The notes beneath the pieces are model-generated. The model was not told where the DNA came from. It did no database searches and saw nothing but the letters and a program-made list of their open reading frames with translations. A DNA stretch of 64,000 bases from a bacterium. Lineage in GTDB: Bacteria > UBA8248. Each line of letters opens with the position of its first letter. Positions within the stretch are counted from its first letter, which is position 1. The position numbers and the translations under genes are program-made. The stretch lies in contig CBDBBI010000010.1 in NCBI GenBank assembly GCA_965202625.1, positions 2,304,001 to 2,368,000 of the forward strand, written 5' to 3'. This document shows, piece by piece, positions 60,622 through 64,000 of the stretch.

Positions 60622-62568
60622 ATGTTTAAGACCAATCCGGTACTTCTGGAGGATCTACTCAAGCAGGTAGAGGATGGGAGAATCCAGCTTCCGGATTTTC
60701 AACGCGGATGGGTTTGGGACGACGGCCGAATTTGCGGCCTGCTGGCTAGCATCTCTAAAGGATTTCCCATCGGGGCTGTGATGACGCTTGCGGCGGATGC
60801 GGACATCAGGTTCAGCACCCGCCCGATTGAGGGCGCACGTGATGCGGAGCGAGCACCTGAACACTTCTTGCTGGACGGTCAGCAGCGACTTACCTCCCTG
60901 TATCAGGCGATGCTCCATGAAGGTCCAGTAGATACCAAGGACCACCGCGGAAAAAAGGTCAAGTGTTGGTATTACGTCGATATGCGCAAGGCGATGGATT
61001 CGGGTGGCGACCGGGAGGATGCGATATTCAGCGTTCGGGAGAACCGGAAGCGCACTCGGGATTTCGGTCGTGAAATTACACTCGATCTCTCCAAACCCGA
61101 ATTTGAATACGAGAACCATATGATGCCGACGGAGCGACTGCTTGATTACTGGGACTGGTCGTTTGGTTATGTAGAACACTGGCAGAACAACGGTGCTGAG
61201 CATCCCGAATCCAATGCTCACGAGTTTTTCAATCGATTTAAGAAGTCGTTGCTGGATACCTTTATAAAAAAGTATCAATTACCCGTCATCGAGCTCACAA
61301 AGGAAACGCCGAAGGAGGCGGTCTGCACGATTTTTGAAAAGGTCAACACCGGTGGCGTGACCCTGAACGTGTTCGAGCTTCTTACAGCCTCTCTTGCCGC
61401 AGATAATTTTTCACTGCGAGATGATTGGAATGCTCGGAAAAAGAGATTGGACGAACATTCCGGAACGCTCCAGGGTGTTAGCCCCGAGCAGTTTCTCCAG
61501 GTTGTCGCTTTGTTGGCGACCCAGGAGAGGCGAAGAGAAGCCATGGGGGGACGCGCGTCGGGCAGACTTCCGGGCGTCGGCTGCAAGAAGCGCGATATTC
61601 TAGAACTTACGCTTCAGGAATATACGTATTGGGCTGGCAAGGTGGAGGACGGCTTTAAAAAAACAGCCGGGTTTTTGCTTGAACAAAACATATTCCGGGG
61701 GAAAGACGTGCCTTACGGCGCGCAACTGGTGCCATTGGCCGCGCTCTATGTGGAGTTGGGACAGGAATTGCGAACGGGCAAGGCCAAGTCCCGACTGGAA
61801 CGTTGGTATTGGTCGGGCGTCTTCGGGGAAGTCTATGGCGGCCCCATAGAAACGCTGTTCGCTCTCGACCTTACCGAAGTGGCCCGGTATGTCCGGGAAG
61901 ACGAAGCGGAAGAGCCCTCATTGGTCCGCGAGGCCAGTTTCATCCCTGAGCGGTTGTTGTCCCTGCGCACCCGTAATAGCGCGGCTTACAAGGGGCTTTA
62001 TGCGTTGCAGATGAAAAACGGCGCCGCCGACTGGTTGACTGGCAGCCCTATCCATATCGGCAGCATATGGAACGAACGAAACATCGATATCCATCATATT
62101 TTTCCGAAATCCTGGTGTAAGAAGACCCAGATATCGCCGAATCTATACAATTCTGTGATCAACAAAACTCCCATTGATGCGGAGACCAACCGTAAAATAG
62201 GAGGGGAAGCTCCTTCCAAATACCTGCTTGAGCTGAAAGATGCGATGGACGACGAGGAGAAATTGGCTCAGGTTTTGAGTGCGCATTGGGTGGACCGGAA
62301 TTACTTGCGAACCGATCAGTTCAAAGATTTCTTCGTGGAGCGTGGCGAAGCCATGCTCGAACTGATTGGCGAGGCGATGGGCAAGCCGATTCCCAGCGGC
62401 CGCGAAGTGTTCAGGAATGCTTTGGGATCATCCAGTTATGATGACGGGTATGACGATGGCGATATGGAGCATGATGGGATAGGAGCCATAATGCCCGATA
62501 GCGTCGCCGATAAAAGCCCCGACCACGAAAGCGTCTCCGCAGAGACGTCGCTCTCGTCTCATGCGTGA
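60622..62568 (+). CDS. DUF262 (GmrSD-like) protein with C-terminal HNH-like domain; putative modification-dependent restriction
   Basis: [37 protein letters not shown]; lower GC. Confidence 0.88.
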   Translation: MFKTNPVLLEDLLKQVEDGRIQLPDFQRGWVWDDGRICGLLASISKGFPIGAVMTLAADADIRFSTRPIEGARDAERAPEHFLLDGQQRLTSLYQAMLHEGPVDTKDHRGKKVKCWYYVDMRKAMDSGGDREDAIFSVRENRKRTRDFGREITLDLSKPEFEYENHMMPTERLLDYWDWSFGYVEHWQNNGAEHPESNAHEFFNRFKKSLLDTFIKKYQLPVIELTKETPKEAVCTIFEKVNTGGVTLNVFELLTASLAADNFSLRDDWNARKKRLDEHSGTLQGVSPEQFLQVVALLATQERRREAMGGRASGRLPGVGCKKRDILELTLQEYTYWAGKVEDGFKKTAGFLLEQNIFRGKDVPYGAQLVPLAALYVELGQELRTGKAKSRLERWYWSGVFGEVYGGPIETLFALDLTEVARYVREDEAEEPSLVREASFIPERLLSLRTRNSAAYKGLYALQMKNGAADWLTGSPIHIGSIWNERNIDIHHIFPKSWCKKTQISPNLYNSVINKTPIDAETNRKIGGEAPSKYLLELKDAMDDEEKLAQVLSAHWVDRNYLRTDQFKDFFVERGEAMLELIGEAMGKPIPSGREVFRNALGSSSYDDGYDDGDMEHDGIGAIMPDSVADKSPDHESVSAETSLSSHA

Positions 62569-62912
62569 AATTACGCGGTGAGAACAAGAGCGTTAACAAT
62601 CAAATCTACACCGAAAACTATCAAGAGCGAGGTGTCAAGGGAGAGCGCCTGGAGGATCAGGAAGCGCCTTTCAGCTGGTCGAAGTAAGCCGCCCTCGCGC
62701 GCTTTTTGAAAACGACAAAAAGAAACGGGGGATTCATCTCTCCCTTCGTCCCCTTCTGAACTTCTCCAGCCCCCCGCGTTCTCTGGAGGGTTGTGTATGG
62801 AAGCCTCGCGCTAAATCCACGACCCCCTGCGCAAAAACGATGAATTTTGATACTTTCATGGGCGGAAGGGTCTCTTTTTTCAAAATTGGCTTCATTTTCG
62901 AGGAGCGCGCGC

Positions 62913-64000
62913 GTGTCCGATCATTCCTTGCCCCTTTCCCGCTTCAAGGCGCTCGACCTCACGCGGGCGCGCGCGGGCCCTACGGCGGTTCGCCAGTTTG
63001 CCGACTGGGGGGCGGACGTCATCAAGATAGAGGCGCCCCCCTCAAGCGGCTACGCCGACAACATGGTGAGTTCCCGACGCGGCTATGAGGCGCAAAACCT
63101 CCACCGCAACAAGAGGAGCATGTCTCTGAATCTAAGGGAGGCGAGGGGACGGGAGATATTCTTCCGAATGGTGCGCGACGCTGACCTCATCGTCGAGAAC
63201 TACCGGCCGGACGTGAAGCACAGGCTCGGGATCGATTACGAGTCGTGCCGCGCGGTGAACCCACGCATCGTCTATGGCAGCATATCGGGTTTCGGGCAGG
63301 AGGGCCCCTACCGTGAGCGACCGGGGCTGGATCAAATCGCACAGGGGCTGAGCGGTCTCATGTCCGTCACCGGAAAGCCGGGAGACGGCCCCATGCGGGT
63401 GGGCATTCCGATTGCCGACCTCTCCGCCGGCTTCATGCTCGCCCAGGGTCTTCTCATCGCTCTCCTTGAGCGCGAGGTATCGGGCCAGGGACAGTGGGTG
63501 CACACCTCGCTGCTCGAGGCGCAGATTCAGATGATGGACTTTCAGGCCGCGCGGTATCTGCTGGATGGCGAAGTCCCCGCCCAGGCGGGAAACAACCACC
63601 CCACCTTTTTGCCGGCCGGCGTTTTCGAGACCGCCGACGGGCGGATCAACATCCAGTCTGGCCCCCAGCATCTTTGGGAGCGGCTCGCGCGCGCCCTCGA
63701 GCTCGCTGACCTCATCGCGCATCCCGATTACGCGACCCTGAATAAGCGTTTCGAGAACCGAGAGGCGCTCCACGAGAGGATCTCGAGCCGAACGCGAACG
63801 AAACACGGCGCGGAGTGGATCAAGATACTCAACCGGGCAGGAATTCCTTGCGGCCCCATCTACGCGGTGGATGAGACGTTCGCCGACCCCCAGGTCAGGG
63901 GACTGAATATGAACCCCTCGGTTCCGCATCCGGAGATGGGACCGATCAGAATTGTGGGTCAGGCTGTGAAACTCACGCGCACGCCGCAGATGATGCGTAG
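62913..64000 (+). CDS. CaiB/BaiF CoA-transferase (3'-truncated by window)
   Basis: Read directly: LDLTRARAGP..DWGADVIKIE, HRNKRS, VENYRPDV, GSISGFGQEGP. Confidence 0.92.
   Translation, partial: MSDHSLPLSRFKALDLTRARAGPTAVRQFADWGADVIKIEAPPSSGYADNMVSSRRGYEAQNLHRNKRSMSLNLREARGREIFFRMVRDADLIVENYRPDVKHRLGIDYESCRAVNPRIVYGSISGFGQEGPYRERPGLDQIAQGLSGLMSVTGKPGDGPMRVGIPIADLSAGFMLAQGLLIALLEREVSGQGQWVHTSLLEAQIQMMDFQAARYLLDGEVPAQAGNNHPTFLPAGVFETADGRINIQSGPQHLWERLARALELADLIAHPDYATLNKRFENREALHERISSRTRTKHGAEWIKILNRAGIPCGPIYAVDETFADPQVRGLNMNPSVPHPEMGPIRIVGQAVKLTRTPQMMR

Overview
GC-rich bacterial chromosome segment. It carries housekeeping genes (thiL/thiE, serS, two tRNA-Ser, recR-ybaB-dnaX-ffs, pfkA, plsY, mlaA, lhgO, tRNA-Pro), many uptake and catabolic genes (two tripartite tricarboxylate transporters, a TAXI-TRAP transporter, HpaB-like, cyclase, Fe-ADH, M20, MBL pair, CoA-transferase), a subtilase/I78-inhibitor pair and four lower-GC defence inserts (ABC-ATPase+PIN, Type ISP-like R-M, GHKL-ATPase/Dcm/Vsr, DUF262). 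The main hidden signal is three genes that the ORF track splits at an in-frame TGA. In each, the TGA falls on the family's catalytic Cys and is followed by a SECIS-like hairpin: OsmC-like (28456-29016), DUF442/Blh-type sulfurtransferase-phosphatase (29714-30166) and AhpD-like CxxU (47911-48558). These are probable selenoproteins, and the window also has yqeC and an ArsS-type radical SAM gene. Other signals: an ATPase-PIN module bracketed by a duplicated tRNA-Ser promoter and 5' end, and a ~140-bp dispersed repeat bordering two defence inserts. All calls come from reading the sequence; no database search or folding program was run.
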